A stretch of DNA of 64,000 bases from Balanoglossus misakiensis (taxonomy: Eukaryota > Animalia > Hemichordata). The first letter of the stretch is position 1. The number at the start of each line of letters is the position of its first letter. Below are positions 40,554 through 53,763 of this stretch, one piece after another. The position numbers and the translations under genes are program-made. The stretch covers positions 2,064,247-2,128,246 of the forward strand of contig CM082594.2 in NCBI GenBank assembly GCA_040954595.2. Reading direction: 5' to 3'. The notes beneath the pieces are model-generated. The model saw only the letters and a list, made by a program, of their open reading frames with translations. It had not been told where the DNA came from and searched no databases.

Positions 40554-40955
40554 AAAGGTGTCTGCAAATATTACAGTAGTGCTGACCCAGAATTTGAATT
40601 GTTGTTGGCATGTAAGGGCCAATATGGTCCATTGCATTTTCTCATCAGGGGACACCCGTTTGTATGTATATTGGCCAGACTTTTGAAAACAACATATTTG
40701 GATCAAACCACCAATGTGGTGAAAGAAATAAATGAACAGCATTGAAGAGTTGTGTCTTTTAAATTGCGTCTTTTTCAATAATGTAAGTTAGCTTTCATTT
40801 TTGTGTGTATATACCAAGAATGTGGCAGTTTCTTGAAGAGGGTGCACATACGTGTCTAACAATTTTGGAAATCACTGAAAATAACCCGTAAATTGCTGAA
40901 ATATGAGTCAGTTTGAGCCCATGAGTCTTGTGCATACTATCAACTACTGTGGAAC

Positions 40956-41369
40956 AATAGAATCTCACACTCCCAAGGACCTGAGATCTTATTTCTCACA
41001 CTCGTTGGGGATTTTCTGTCCCACACTCGCCTGCGGCTCATGTGGGACAGAATATCCCGACGAGTGTGAGAAATATGATCCCAGGTCCTTGGTGTGTGAG
41101 ATTATTTTTCTCACACGGTCACAAATTAGCCAAATTCGTTAAAAACATTGAATAAATGACGCTGGAACTGTCGTCTGGGGGCACGTTGTAGTCTCTGTTC
41201 CTGTAATACACATCGCGCCATTGGATAACTTTTTGCACGCGTAGCAAAATAACGCTTTGTCAACCAATCAGCGCTCGCGTCATATACAGCTTTCGATTCA
41301 GTGAGAGTGTGAGAACAATTTGTTCTCACACTTTGTTCTTACACTCCCAGCGTGCCAGGAGTGTGAGAA
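40956..41369 (+). mobile_element. Putative non-autonomous Crypton-like hairpin element, copy 2 (loop flipped)
   Basis: Same start and end as 24443-25080; loop ctcgcctgcggctca. Confidence 0.65.
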
Positions 41370-41579
41370 CAGGTTATTTTTGCGTGTAATAAATTTAAGC
41401 GAAATACGGGAGAGCAAAAAATACCCGAAATATAATTGTGAAAGAACAATGTGCATGAGAACGTGAAAATTAACTCTCGCATAACAGTGGCCTCTTTCGA
41501 TGTCACGAAAAATTTCAACTCGCGAAAATAACATGTTTTACAGTATCTCTAATGTTGTAATGTCTTGGGTGTCTTTCAG

Positions 41580-41698
41580 CTGGGATAATCTGCAGCATGA
41601 AAAAAACAAGAACGAGTACCACCAACAATTCGAACAAATGGATGAGGCACTGGCCGCTTTCAGCCGAAAAGCCAGAGTGTTGAAAACGTGGTGGAAAG
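41580..41698 (+). other. Isolated exon-like segment of unknown gene
   Basis: tttcag acceptor, open frame WDNLQHEKNKNEYHQQFEQMDEALAAFSRKARVLKTWWK, gtatgg donor; no partner exons identified. Confidence 0.35.
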
Positions 41699-42378
41699 GT
41701 ATGGTGAATCTTGACCCCTGTGTGACCTTTACATCCTGGTTTTTTGTTGGTATAATTGAACCATTTTGAGTTTAAACTCTGGATCAGCCAACCTTGCACA
41801 CTGAATCTGTGCATATAGTTATAAATCATCCCAAAACAATAATATTGTCTACTACACAAAAGGGACGCATGTTGTGTGTAATGTTGAATCATGTGCCAAC
41901 AAAACACAGGTGTTTCTAAAACTTGTAATGAGCAGAACCTACAGTAATGACCAATAATGAACTTGAAATAGATGGAATGATTAAGGGCACATAAGCTGCA
42001 ACTTTTGGGATAATTATCATAATTTTTGTTTCAAACTGCACTACCATTAGTCCATGCAGATGAAGGCAGTGAACTATACACAAGCATTATAAACCCTAAA
42101 TATGAGTGCATATGCAAGTTTTAACCAGATAAATAATAAAGCTTTGTCGCAAGCAAATATGGCCGTCACCGTGGGAAAAAGCAAGTAACAATGAAAATGT
42201 TTCATTTCCGGTTGTGAAACTTCATAAACAAAACATGATCTCATCCACTTGAGCTCATGGAAGTATATGTACACTGCTGTGACATTATATTTTCCTTTTT
42301 CATTGTAATATTGCACTTTTTTTAACAATTGCAGGAATTTTCGTTTTTCTTTAATTTTTGGCCATTTTGCCATAAATA

Positions 42379-43314
42379 CCGTATATTCTCGCAATTAAGC
42401 GCCACCCATGATTAGGCGCCAGTGATACCTGACTTTGCTACTTTTTACTTAAAATTAAGCGCCAGGAAATTTTTTTTTTGAGGTGTGTGGACGTACGTGA
42501 ATCATGGCAAGTACTACCAGGGTTTAGGGATCTTGTCAAAATCAACGGGGGCTTGCTGCGTGAATAATAATTGACCTGAGCAGACAATGCATGCTTTGGG
42601 CTGATGTGCTATTTATTTACAAGATGAAATCGGGCACATGTCAACCTCCTAATTTATGTAAATTATTATTCACTGCAAAAGACACAGGTGCCGGGCGTCT
42701 AGACACTTGTCTTTTTCCTGTTGATCGATCGGCAGCCGCTTACGTTACCGGCACTACCACCCAAGTTTGACCATATGGCCAGGGCTTTGAAATAATAGGA
42801 CTAGTTTCAAGTTGTGAATGTTTGCGGTATTAATTTTCTCATGAATATTCACGCAACGTGAGTATTCACGCAACCTTGCCTGACCTTACATGTGTGAGAG
42901 CATGTGATGACAAAGACGCACTTGGACTAAACCACTATATGTCAGTAGATTTTGTTGATGGTTCAGCCAGCATACTGTAATGCTGCTCGTAGTATTCACT
43001 TCGTTGACAACTTTTTTATTTCTGGAAAATTTATTAGACAATACATTGAACTGACTGTATTTGAATAGAAAATGTTAAAACTTTACATATGAATTCGAAA
43101 CAGCCATTCAGTCACTGCGGACACCCCCTTAGGAGAACACTCATTGGAACGTCCCAAATCATTTGCATATGAATTAACAGGGTGCAGTATATATATACAG
43201 GGCGACCCATGAAAAAGCGCCACCGGTTCTTGAAAGACTCATTTCTGCCTTTGTTTAGGCGCCACCAAAATTTGAAATGGTTAAAAAGTGGCGCTTATTT
43301 GTGAGAATATACGG
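42379..43314. mobile_element. Tc1/mariner-pogo-type non-autonomous element
   Basis: TA-ccgtatattctcgcaattaagcgccac...gtggcgcttatttgtgagaatatacgg-TA. Confidence 0.8.
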
Positions 43315-43534
43315 TACTCTGAATGTGTGAAGAAACTTTACAAACCCCATATAAATTCCCATCTACATAAAATGGAGCAGCAAACACTTATATTGATGTT
43401 AGGCCAGAGAAAAAAAATCTTGTTCATTGGATTTTTTTGGCCCTAGTTCCAGGAGCGGCGAGCGAAAAAAAAATTTAAATTTTTTTTAGGCTGACGGTAA
43501 ACCGTGGTTCTCTGGCATATTGGCACAGATGCAG

Positions 43535-44070
43535 ACTTCTTGCCACCCCACCCCGATGCTTACTTTGACTAGAGTGGCAAAATTAAAATTTGTCCTGCCT
43601 AATATTGAGTTAATTTGCTTTTGAGTTCATTAAATTGCAACTTTGAGCACCGTATTTTACAAAATTTTCTTACGTGGGAGGGGGGCACCCCCGCCCACAC
43701 CCACCCCCGCCACTTTTCTTGTTTTACAGATTCTAGCAACTATTGTATTGACTTGTCATTTTAATTTGTTCATAGATTTCTTTATTGCAACGATATACTA
43801 TTATATACTTCAATAAGACTTTAAGAAATATATAATTGAGGTGTGAGGAGCCTCATTCCCTTTATTGCATACAGTGTACATAGGATCAGGACGGCGAATG
43901 TTTTGGGCATGGGGGGGGGGGGTCATCATATTTTTGGGTCTGTCAAAGGGGGGGGGGGTCATCATTTTTTGGTCCTGGCTGAAGGGGGGGTCGGCCTGAT
44001 TTTGAGAACCGATGACACAAACTTGCCGCCCCCCCCCCCCCCCCCCCTGCCGTAAAAACTGAACGGTCCC
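43535..44070 (-). mobile_element. Partial PIF/Harbinger-like element
   Basis: Reverse complement of ~30348-30875. Confidence 0.8.
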
Positions 44071-44650
44071 TTATGTGTAGGGAACGCGACGCTACCCGAA
44101 ATCACAAGCTCAGTCCCAAATTCGAAACTTGCCTCACTACCAAAAACACGCTCAAGGCAGACATGAAAACACAAAAAGTATTGAGATTTAAAAATCACCA
44201 AGCGACTAGTGGGCTAGTCTAGTTTTACGCGTACAAAGCCTAGTTGATTTTTTCACATTTTGATGACATATGAAGAGGATTTGATTTTCACAATGTGTTA
44301 TCCCTCGAGGCCTTAAAAGCAGTCTGATATTATTTGTGGGACCATAGTGGAAATAAGTTCTTAACCTTTCTGTGTTATCCCTGCACTTTGGACATTTTTA
44401 TTTTTGTGTAGTGTACATTTTAAAGTGAAAAAATACATAAAATCAAATTAACTTGTCAAGCAAGTACTTGCAAAACTTGAATTGAACAATAAGCAGATTG
44501 TGAAAATTGACAATCTTTGCTTGTTTAGAAAATTTTGGTACTAATAGTGATGTTCTTACCACTTTATTTCAGTGATGTCATACTGATAGGCTTTATGCGA
44601 CATAATAAACCATGGAAGACATCATATTTTCAAAGAAGATCTCGTGTTAA

Positions 44651-45384
44651 GGTGGCATTGCATGAAACTGTCGAGACTTTTTCAGAGGCCTATTTCTCAT
44701 CAAAGACAACATTAAAATCCCCATAAACCATATATATTCTGGAAGCTGAGATTTTGAACTTTTGTTTGAGTTGCAAATATTATTGATCCCCGGAAATGGT
44801 GGCGATTTTGGGTGAAAAAAACCCATTTTTGAATATTATGTCATGAAATTTAAAATAGGTAAAAAAGTTGACCATGCATCATGCACCTTAATATGTCATT
44901 CGAAACTAGAGTACACGTGCAAAAAAACAGTAATTTTGTTTTGCGTTATCTGCTTCCATTGAGGAGTAACAGCGTTTGAAAGTTAGATTTTTAGTAAAAT
45001 TTGATCAAATTCACGGCGATTTGTATTGAATCAGAGTTTATTCCCGCCAGGGACACTTTATCAACTAACAAAAATATCGTTTTGTTGGATGGGTCATACA
45101 CAATCCCCAGTTAAAATTTGAGCAAATTTGGCCAACGCAGAGCGAAGCTATTGTCGTCTGAAGTTGTCAAGAGCAGCGAAAATGCAAACTGAGAAAAACG
45201 GCCATTTGCATTGTTGACACCTATTTGTTAAGCTGTGAACTCATTCAGAAAAGTGCTATTTTGGGTGATTATGGACCATTTCCGCCAAGACGTATTAGTC
45301 AAGGTGTGGGTCAGTAAAAGGCCTACCGATTTATGTAAAAAAATAAAATTTGGCAAAAATCACAACTTTTCATGCAATGCCACC
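44651..45384 (+). mobile_element. Kolobok-like non-autonomous element
   Basis: ttaa-ggtggcattgcatgaaa...tttcatgcaatgccacc-ttaa. Confidence 0.85.
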
Positions 45385-45971
45385 TTAAGTCTCTATTTGA
45401 CTTCCTGGCCAGAGCTGGATTGTTTCTTAGAAACAAAAACTTTATCCCTTGCAAGTGGACAAGCAGAAAAATGGAAATATAAGACACAAAGAGTTATTGA
45501 ATGAAAATTTACATTCATATTTAAAAAAAAAACTTGTGTTTATTTGTGTATGATATGGTGTGTGCTGGTTACAGGATATATTTTTCAACAATCTTTAATA
45601 GGACATGATTGTCATATTGAAAGTGTTGACCCGCACTGGCCCGCAGCCCGCATGACCCGCACAATAGTTACACTCATTACTTCCAGAGCAGGTCTTCAAA
45701 TCGAATTCAACTTGCACGTCATTTTCTTGCAAATTGTTCACGGTTCACATTTGTTGCCATGCAGTGTTTTATATAAAGTGACATGAAAAGGTAAAAAAAA
45801 TAATACATGTAATCTGTCAGTGTTAGTAGTCTCTCTGTCGTTCTTTCATTGTGTCACTACATGTACAAAAATCAAGTTAAGACAAAATGCACATTTATTG
45901 TAATGTGTCTTGCCACCCACAGTCAGATTTCATGATAAAACAGAAAAAAATCGCATTCGATAAGAGTTAAT

Positions 45972-46261
45972 CACAGGGGCCTCTGCCTCCGCGAGTTTGT
46001 TTGTTTGTTTGTTTGTTGTTGTTGTTGTTGTTGATGATTTTTGGCATAATAAACAAATACACATTTCTTTTCTAATAAATATGGTTTGTTGACATGTAAG
46101 GGTTAGGGTATATTCGACAGGTTAGGGTATATTCGACATGTCAACAAACCATATTAATTAATAAAGAAATATGTATTTGTTTATTATGCCAAAAATCATC
46201 ATCAACAACAACAACAACAAACAAACAAACAAACAAAATCGCGGAGGGAGAGGCCCCTGTG
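45972..46261. mobile_element. 290-bp foldback MITE with 7-bp TSD
   Basis: cacaggggcctct...agaggcccctgtg with near-perfect ~125-bp arms; agttaat on both flanks; centre is a tandem ggttagggtatattcgaca. Confidence 0.85.
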
Positions 46262-46282
46262 AGTTAATAACTACTGTAACAC

Positions 46283-47283
46283 CGTAACAGTAATAAGTTT
46301 TTAGTGTCTGACACTATGCTTTACATAAAGCAGCAAGAAGATGATCAAGCTCTGCATGGATTTCTCAGAATGGCAGAAAAGTCGATTTTTGTAGCCAATT
46401 GAATTTCCAATTTATTCTGCCCAATCTTTCAGCTTACATGTAGGTAATCATGTTTGATCTTTATATGGCTTCAATACTACTTTTCACAAATACTTCAGTG
46501 TTAACATCCCAATTCACTGTGTTTGGACCCAATCACACTATTAAAAATATTGGGACTGGACCAAAATATGAGGGTGAAAAGTTCAATATTTGTTGTATTT
46601 TTGGTGTGACTGATATTGAAATGGCCATTTTCTCCCACAGTCTGACACTCAAGACCAAGTTTTCATCCAGTGGCAGAGTGGTGAAGTGGCCACCATGCAT
46701 ATCTTAGTGGTACACGCTATGGTCATTCTGCTAACCTTTGGAAAACCTCCACGTATGTATGCAACTGTAACAGTAGTAAGTTTTTATTGCTGACCACTAT
46801 ATGAAGCAGCAACATAATTGAGCTCAGCATGGAGATCTCAGAATGGCAGAAAAGTCAATTTTTGTAGCCAATTGAATTTCAAATTTATTCTGTGCCGACT
46901 TTCAGCTTAATCAAGTATGACCTTAATATGGCTTCAATGTTTTCCCAAATTTTAATATAGAATGCTCCACTGTCCAGTGTTCATCCCCATTCAATGTATA
47001 CATTGTATAGATCCAACCATACTATTGAAAATAATTGGACTGGACCAAAATATGCGGGTGAAATGTTAAAGTTCAACATACCTAATGACCAGTCGCAGAC
47101 ATATATATTAGTTGTATTTTTGGTGTAACTGATAGTGAAATGGCCATCTTCTCCCACAGTCTGACACTCAAGACCAAGTGTTCATCCAATGGCAGAGTGG
47201 TGAAGTGGCCACCATGCATATCTTAGTGGTACATGCCATGGTCATTCTGCTAACCTTTGGAAAACCTCCATGTATGTATGCAA
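46283..47283. repeat. Diverged tandem duplication, ~500-bp unit
   Basis: gtaacagta.taagtttt...ctaacctttggaaaacctcca.gtatgtatgcaa occurs twice head-to-tail. Confidence 0.85.
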
Positions 47284-47288
47284 ATGAT

Positions 47289-48325
47289 TTTTAGGTCCCA
47301 TTGGTATAGGCCTATATACCATGGGACCTTATGGGATGGGTTGCGTCTGTATGGATGTATGTATGGATGTATGTATGTATGTATGTCTGTATGTCCGTCC
47401 ACATCAAAAACTTGAAAACCGCTGCGCGTATCACCTTGATATTTGGTGTGCAGATGCAGGCTGGGCTGTAGATGGGAGTTTGTCCAAACGAAGTTGCCAG
47501 GCCCAAAAATATGCAAATTAGCCAGTAAAATGTGAAATTTATCAAAACTCTGAAAGTCAACAACTACTGGTCAGATTGCTTTAAAAATTGGTATGCATGT
47601 ACCTTATGTCAACCTCACATCGGCCTGTAAGTGTTAAGTTAATATCATGAATGTTTTATTTTTTATGAATTTTTTAGTCTTTTTATTAAATTTATACCTT
47701 TACTTATACCTCTATGGTTAAGCTATGTCCACGTCTTATTGTGGAATTCTGGTCTGTGCAATAGTCCTGTACAGTGACTGTCTATTGGTCAGTGAGCACA
47801 ATGGGGCCAAAATAAAAGGGAAATTTTTGGGCTCACCTGTAACACCTGCATATCTCATTAATTATGTGCATACCTAATTCCAGGCTAACCAATAAGGCTA
47901 TAGGTTTGTTTTTTATTGAACATAGACCAGTATAAGGTCAAAATTTCTTGCCCAAATTTTGCATGACCTCAGGTGACCTTTGATCTACTTTATCATATCT
48001 TGGCATCCAGAGCAGGCACAGACTTCGCGTTTGGAGGGTTGGGACTAAAATTGAAAAGCCAAAATTGGGGGTCACCTGTGACACCTGCATATCTCATTAA
48101 TTATGTGCATACCTAATTCCAGGCTAACCAATAGGGCTATAGGTTTGGTTTTTGTTGAACATGGACCAGTATAGGGTCAAAATTTCTTGCCCAAATTTTG
48201 CATGACCTCAGGTGACCTTTGACCTACTTGTCCATATCTTGGCATCCAGAGCAGATATGCTTATTGCTATGTTGCTATGTGCTATGTCCTCAAATGGGAC
48301 CACAGTGTCCTTGACGCTATTTTTT
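47289..48325 (+). mobile_element. Helentron-associated (HINE/DINE-1-like) non-autonomous element
   Basis: T-run flanks; 5' ggtcccat...atgggacc inverted repeat, then a microsatellite, internal tandem units, and a 3' aatgggacc sub-terminal repeat. Confidence 0.55.
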
Positions 48326-48697
48326 AAGCTGTCAAATAAATTCTTCAGCTTATAACTGATACTTACATCGGCTGTAATTTTTCGCTGTTTTCAGTACTTT
48401 TGTTTTGTGTATGTACTGCAGTTTCATGTTCAAATGCCCAAAGCACGATGAAATGCTCAGCATTTAGATTATCAACACAACCTACATGTGTATAGTCAGC
48501 ATTATTATTGTGCAAAATTTGAATTCATGTCCGGACCAGAACTCATTTGTCAACGATAACAATGGCTGTTACACACATAAAGGCTATGTTTTGAGTTGAA
48601 CAAGAAATTGGATTTGGTAAACAGAACAAATATACTGAAATTAAAGCCAAAGTTATAGCTAATGCCCCTTTAATTTGATTTTCTCATCATTTTGCAG

Positions 48698-51600
48698 GAG
48701 ATAGTTCCTTCAGCATTTCTGGTGGACACGTCAGAAGAAGCTCTCCTCTTGCCTGATTGGTTGAAGCTGAGAATGATCCGCTCCAATGTTCCCAGACTTG
48801 TGGATGCTGGTAGGTTGCCATAGCAATAATGTGTCAATTTCTGTACGATTTTAGATTTACAGTTTTGTAAATCGTCAAAAGACACTTGATTCTGTGTTGA
48901 AGCCAACAAAAACCACATCTAGTGCACGCTAACAATAATGTTGCTGAAACAGACCCAGCTGCTAATGGGCCTACTCTAGATGTATGTCCGGTCACTGATA
49001 CCAGACTTTGTGTATTACATGTAGTGGGACGTTCTGTTTTGGTTGGTCTCCATACGCAACATTTTAGTTTGTACGCAATTTTCCACAGCTTATTTGTACA
49101 GTGTATGCAACTAGAAAAAACCTAACGGAAACATTGCCCTCTCAAATATAACACACCACTGACGCAGTGCAACTGTAAAGTACATGTAGTTTTATGAAAT
49201 TAACTTGGTTAGACTAGAAGACATCACCACGTTCTCATAATGACTCCAGCAACCCAGAAGTTTTTTGTGAAGAGGTGCAGTGTTTGTCATGGCCTGATCG
49301 GTTGCTCTGCAGTTGCACCATTTACAATTGATTTTTTATGGAAATATCTGCCAATCTGTGTTTCAACTCAACTTGGAACCTTTTTCTCACCAAACTTTCT
49401 TTTCATCCTAAATCCGTCTGACTTTTAGCCCTGGAAGACTTGGAACCAGCTCAGTTGGTCTTGTTTGTGCAGTCCTTTGGTATACCAGTTAACAGCATGA
49501 GGTATGAATTAGTCTTCATCAAAGCTACCGTACATCCCAATTTCCATACTTGGTTTAAATTACAACTTTAGAAATTTACTCTTTGGTGTTGTGGGTTTCA
49601 TCTCTCTTGGTTGCGCTTTTTACCAGCCCCCAAAGAAGCTCCATGATGGCAAGACTATCAAAGATAGTAAACACAAATTGCCTGGAAGTGTATGGTATAA
49701 TTAAATCATACCACAAACCTCGTACTGAAGTCATTTGGCCCACAAGCAGACATACTGCCCAAAATGTCCCAATGTGTCACATTGGCTCTCTATCATGATA
49801 ATACATGTAATGCCATATTTACATTCTGGCAATGCAAGAAATCCTAACATCAAGTGACGAGAGTCAGTTTATTTACAGTCTACACAGAAAACATCATTAG
49901 TCATGTCCATTGTTCAGTTTGCTTCACCAAAGACAGGTAATTGTTTGCATTGCATGTCACTTTTATAGTTACATTACTTACCTTCAAATATAGTTTTGTA
50001 CATTCAAGAATTTGAATTCAGTTTGAGTTTCTCAAGTCAGTAAGCATTAAATGTAACTCCATATATAGTATTGGAAAAGTTGAAGTTCAATTTGAGTTTC
50101 CTGTGCAAGTTTTGTAAATTTTCAGCTTCCAAAAATTATTCCTCAAATTATGAGACATTTACAGGGGAATATATATAATAAGTTGACATGTTTACTAAAA
50201 TATCCTCATAGATTTGTGACTTTGTACAGAATAGATATTTATGAGACTAAGACTTTGGTGGTACATGTATTATTGTCTATATTTCTGAGTCAAATTAGTG
50301 TGTGTTAAGTTACTTTGCAATTTTAATTTGCTTCTTTATATCACAATTTGAATTTTTTTCTTTATATCATTTAGAAAAATCTTGAAAAGAAGAAAGATAT
50401 GATGAGATTTGTCCAGCTGGTGTCTGCAATTTTGAGGGTCTGAAAGTCTGAAAACAGTGTGTTTACAAAACTTCTCAACCAGTTTGAAAAAGTCAACAGA
50501 CAAGGTGAGCTATTTATTTCATTTACTTCAAGCATTCAAAAACCATACACAAACTGTTACTTGAGCATTTTCACTAAATCACACAGGATAGATAGAAATT
50601 TACTTTGCAGAATGAATTTATTCCTTGATATCAAATGAAGTCAGACGCAGTCAAACACAGATACATTGGCATTCGATTTTCCACATGACGGGCAACTTCA
50701 GCAACGTGGTGCAGGCAACAATTGTACCGACAATTGGCCATGAGGCTGATGAGGCACCATGCTTGATACATGTTACGTGTCTGGCGGTTTTAAAGAATAA
50801 AAATACTCAGAAAAACTTTTACTAGATGCCGAAATATTGCTTGCCCGTCACCTGGAAATGACAATGCCATGGGTCACATGGCCAGATCACATGATTGATA
50901 GTAAAGAATTCTTAACTGGATTCGTACACTACTGGAACTTCCTGGAATTTCCTTGAATTTGAAACCCCCCTTTGAACGCCATTAACCATTTCTGGTATCA
51001 TGTCCAAATGTCCTCCCTTTATGTAGGGATGTATATCTAAATTCCAGTCTTACATCTTCCTTCCAGCAAAGTCCCTGAGCAGCGAGAAAAGTCCCCTCAA
51101 AGCCAGTGGAGGCAACTTGGATGAAGTGAGTGAAATCATTGAAGCCGTCTCAGAGGGACGGATGGCAGTAGATAGAGACATGTTACAAAAAGGTAAAGTC
51201 TGCATTTTTAACACGCCTGAACCCTTTCACTGCCATGGTTCAGTCCAAACCTATTGTTTTCTATGGTATGGTTGGAGGGAAATGGGGGTGAAAGGGCTGA
51301 GCTATTGGATAGTCTCACCAAACAAACAGAAACATGAGAAGTGGAATAAGAAGGAACGGACCCATTAAAGGTATATGGTCACCTGTGCAAATTTAGCTGC
51401 AGCTACCATGGCAAATTGAGATCTAACCAATCACAGATTTTCAGGGGTGGCACACGCTAAAAAAGAGCGCCACCATTTGTTCTTTAGAACACTCAGATAC
51501 GCCATTTTGCCATTTATGGACATGTGTTTATTGGAAGTGACCGTGTACCTTCAATTATATAGGTCCACAATTTTGGTATTGTAATTCATCCAAAAATCTT

Positions 51601-53560
51601 ATGATGACATCATCTTGTTAATGATACATTTGATGATTGGTGAATTGCGTTTGACTTTCCACCATTTTGCACAATTGGCAGTGTATCACCAGCTGACAGG
51701 CACCAATTCCAGCCAACTAGAAGAGTTTCTGAATAAAGCCTTATCTGTTGCTATGCAAGTGCCAACAAAATCATCCAGCACCAGTGAAGCATTGAGTGAG
51801 TTGCTGTTACAAGAGCAGTCCAGATTGATTGACAAGTAAGTACAAGTTTATCTCAAGACGCATCTGTCTGGTAGCTTTGAGTTTGGGGTTTTATGTTCCT
51901 GGGATCACCTTGTCCATATTTTGTTTTAATAAAGATCAAAATGGGTAGTTTTGTACTTGCAGGACATCTTATCATAATCAAAAAATGCATATTTATAACC
52001 GTATGCCTGCTTTGATCTTAAAAGGGACAAAGTCTCTCTCTCGCTGCCCTTTTTCCATTATTTATGTTTGATACAAGACACCGTGTACCGGGTACATGTG
52101 TGTATGTATAGCGAATAAACGTTCAACCACACACAACTTCCATCCTGTTTGTAGGATATGAGAGTAAAAATCTCACCACAATGACTAAACAGTAGAGACT
52201 TTGTCCCTTTAATGTGTAGATCTCTGAAAGATATTTACCATACACTGGTATGTTATATCAGAGATGACATATCAGACCTTTATTCATCACTCAGCTATGT
52301 AGCAAAAACCTATTTCAGGTACATTGTAGTTAGAATTCCATCAGTATGATTGTTTTATACCCTTTACTCAACTTATTGTATATTTCTCTGCTGTTATACA
52401 TTGTTACAGATGCGAATGACGCTGGTCAACGGCAGGGCTGCTTATTGATTGGCTGGAGCTCCTGGACCCCGAGATTGTGCAAAGTTGCCCTCAACTGCAA
52501 CACCAGTTACTCTTTGTCAAGACGCACAAACCCAGAACAGAGGGCAAAGTTCAAAGTTCATGCAGTGCTTATTTGCTGGCACTGTTGAGCCACCAGAGTA
52601 ATTGGCAGACTTTGCATAAATGTATCGATTGGTTACTCAAACCAAGGACAGACTCAACCAGGTGAGAAATTCTATCATACTTCTTCAGGTTGATCTTTGT
52701 ACACAAAACATCTGGTGAATATCTGAAAATCACTAATGCTTCATGTGTAGAATGAATTGCCAACATATCAGACTTAGTGCTTAATGTAATGTAGAATTTC
52801 AATATAAAGTCAAACCTAGAATTTCTTTCACATTTTAGTCACGTACTATGTTTTCACAAAACTAATTAAAAATATTTCCTCATTTCAGCATTGACTCAAC
52901 TGCAGCTCTAGACTTCCTGTGGGCATGCATACACATTCCAAAACTCTGGCAGGGCAGAGATACCAAAACACCAAAGGTAAGAAAATACTAGCTGCATAAT
53001 TTTATTAGCTAATTGTAGTTTTTCGCCCTTCCAAAACATGTCATTTCCAAGCAGACGACAAGAACGAGGCAAGTATGTCACAGAGTACTGCTTGAGCTTG
53101 TCTGGTTTGTTGTTTTTATGATCCAAGTTGCGTGAAAAAATTACCTTACACTAAAATGTGGCTGTCGCATGTCGGTCCAAACTAAAGCGATGATACTCAA
53201 CAGAATAATTTGTTTACTCTGTGAATAAAAAAAGCCATAATCATATTCGAGCTGACAAAATCTCTCTGAAGTTTACAGAATCCAGAGAGTGCAAATAACT
53301 TGTGACACCTGCTTGTGTACTCACATCACAAATGTGCTACATTTACAGAAACGTACCGAAGAAGTTATCTTCAATCTCTCTGCAAAAGAAGTATGTACAT
53401 TGACTGACTTCATCCTTGCTGAGCTGGACAACACTTCAAACGACAAGACATCCCTCACCGTAGAAGTCAGAATTCCCCTTCTGATGAATTATTGTCATGG
53501 CAACAAACCAGTCATGAGGGATGTAGTCAATCATCTGTTCTCTAAAATTAACATGAATGG
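48698..53560 (+). pseudogene. INTS1: Internal fragment of Integrator complex subunit 1; exons 48698-48809, 49429-49501, 50375-50504, 51067-51192, 51682-51835, 52410-52661, 52889-52976, 53349-53560
   Basis: AFLVDTSEEALLLPDWLKLRMIRS, LEPAQLVLFVQSFGIPV, LLIDWLELLDPE, YLLALLSHQSNWQTLHKC and LDFLWACIHIPKLWQGRD match INTS1 as I recall it. In-frame TGA at 50441-50443 and 52417-52419; phase mismatch after 49501. Confidence 0.85.
52021..52210 (+). mobile_element. TTAA-type (Kolobok-like) MITE in INTS1 intron
   Basis: aagggacaaagtctct...agagactttgtccctt. Confidence 0.7.
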
Positions 53561-53763
53561 GTAAGAATTTTACAAACATCATCTTTAAAAATGTAAAATT
53601 GTTTATCACCTTATGCCATTTCCACATGTGTGTGTTTTTTTTTGTAACTAGTCTCTTGGTTTGGCACATGTGCATAAGGTGATCATCACCCTTTTTAATT
53701 TGCTGCAATGTATTCCTTCCAAATGACAGCTTTAAATGATGTTGACTTACTACCAATACTTAT

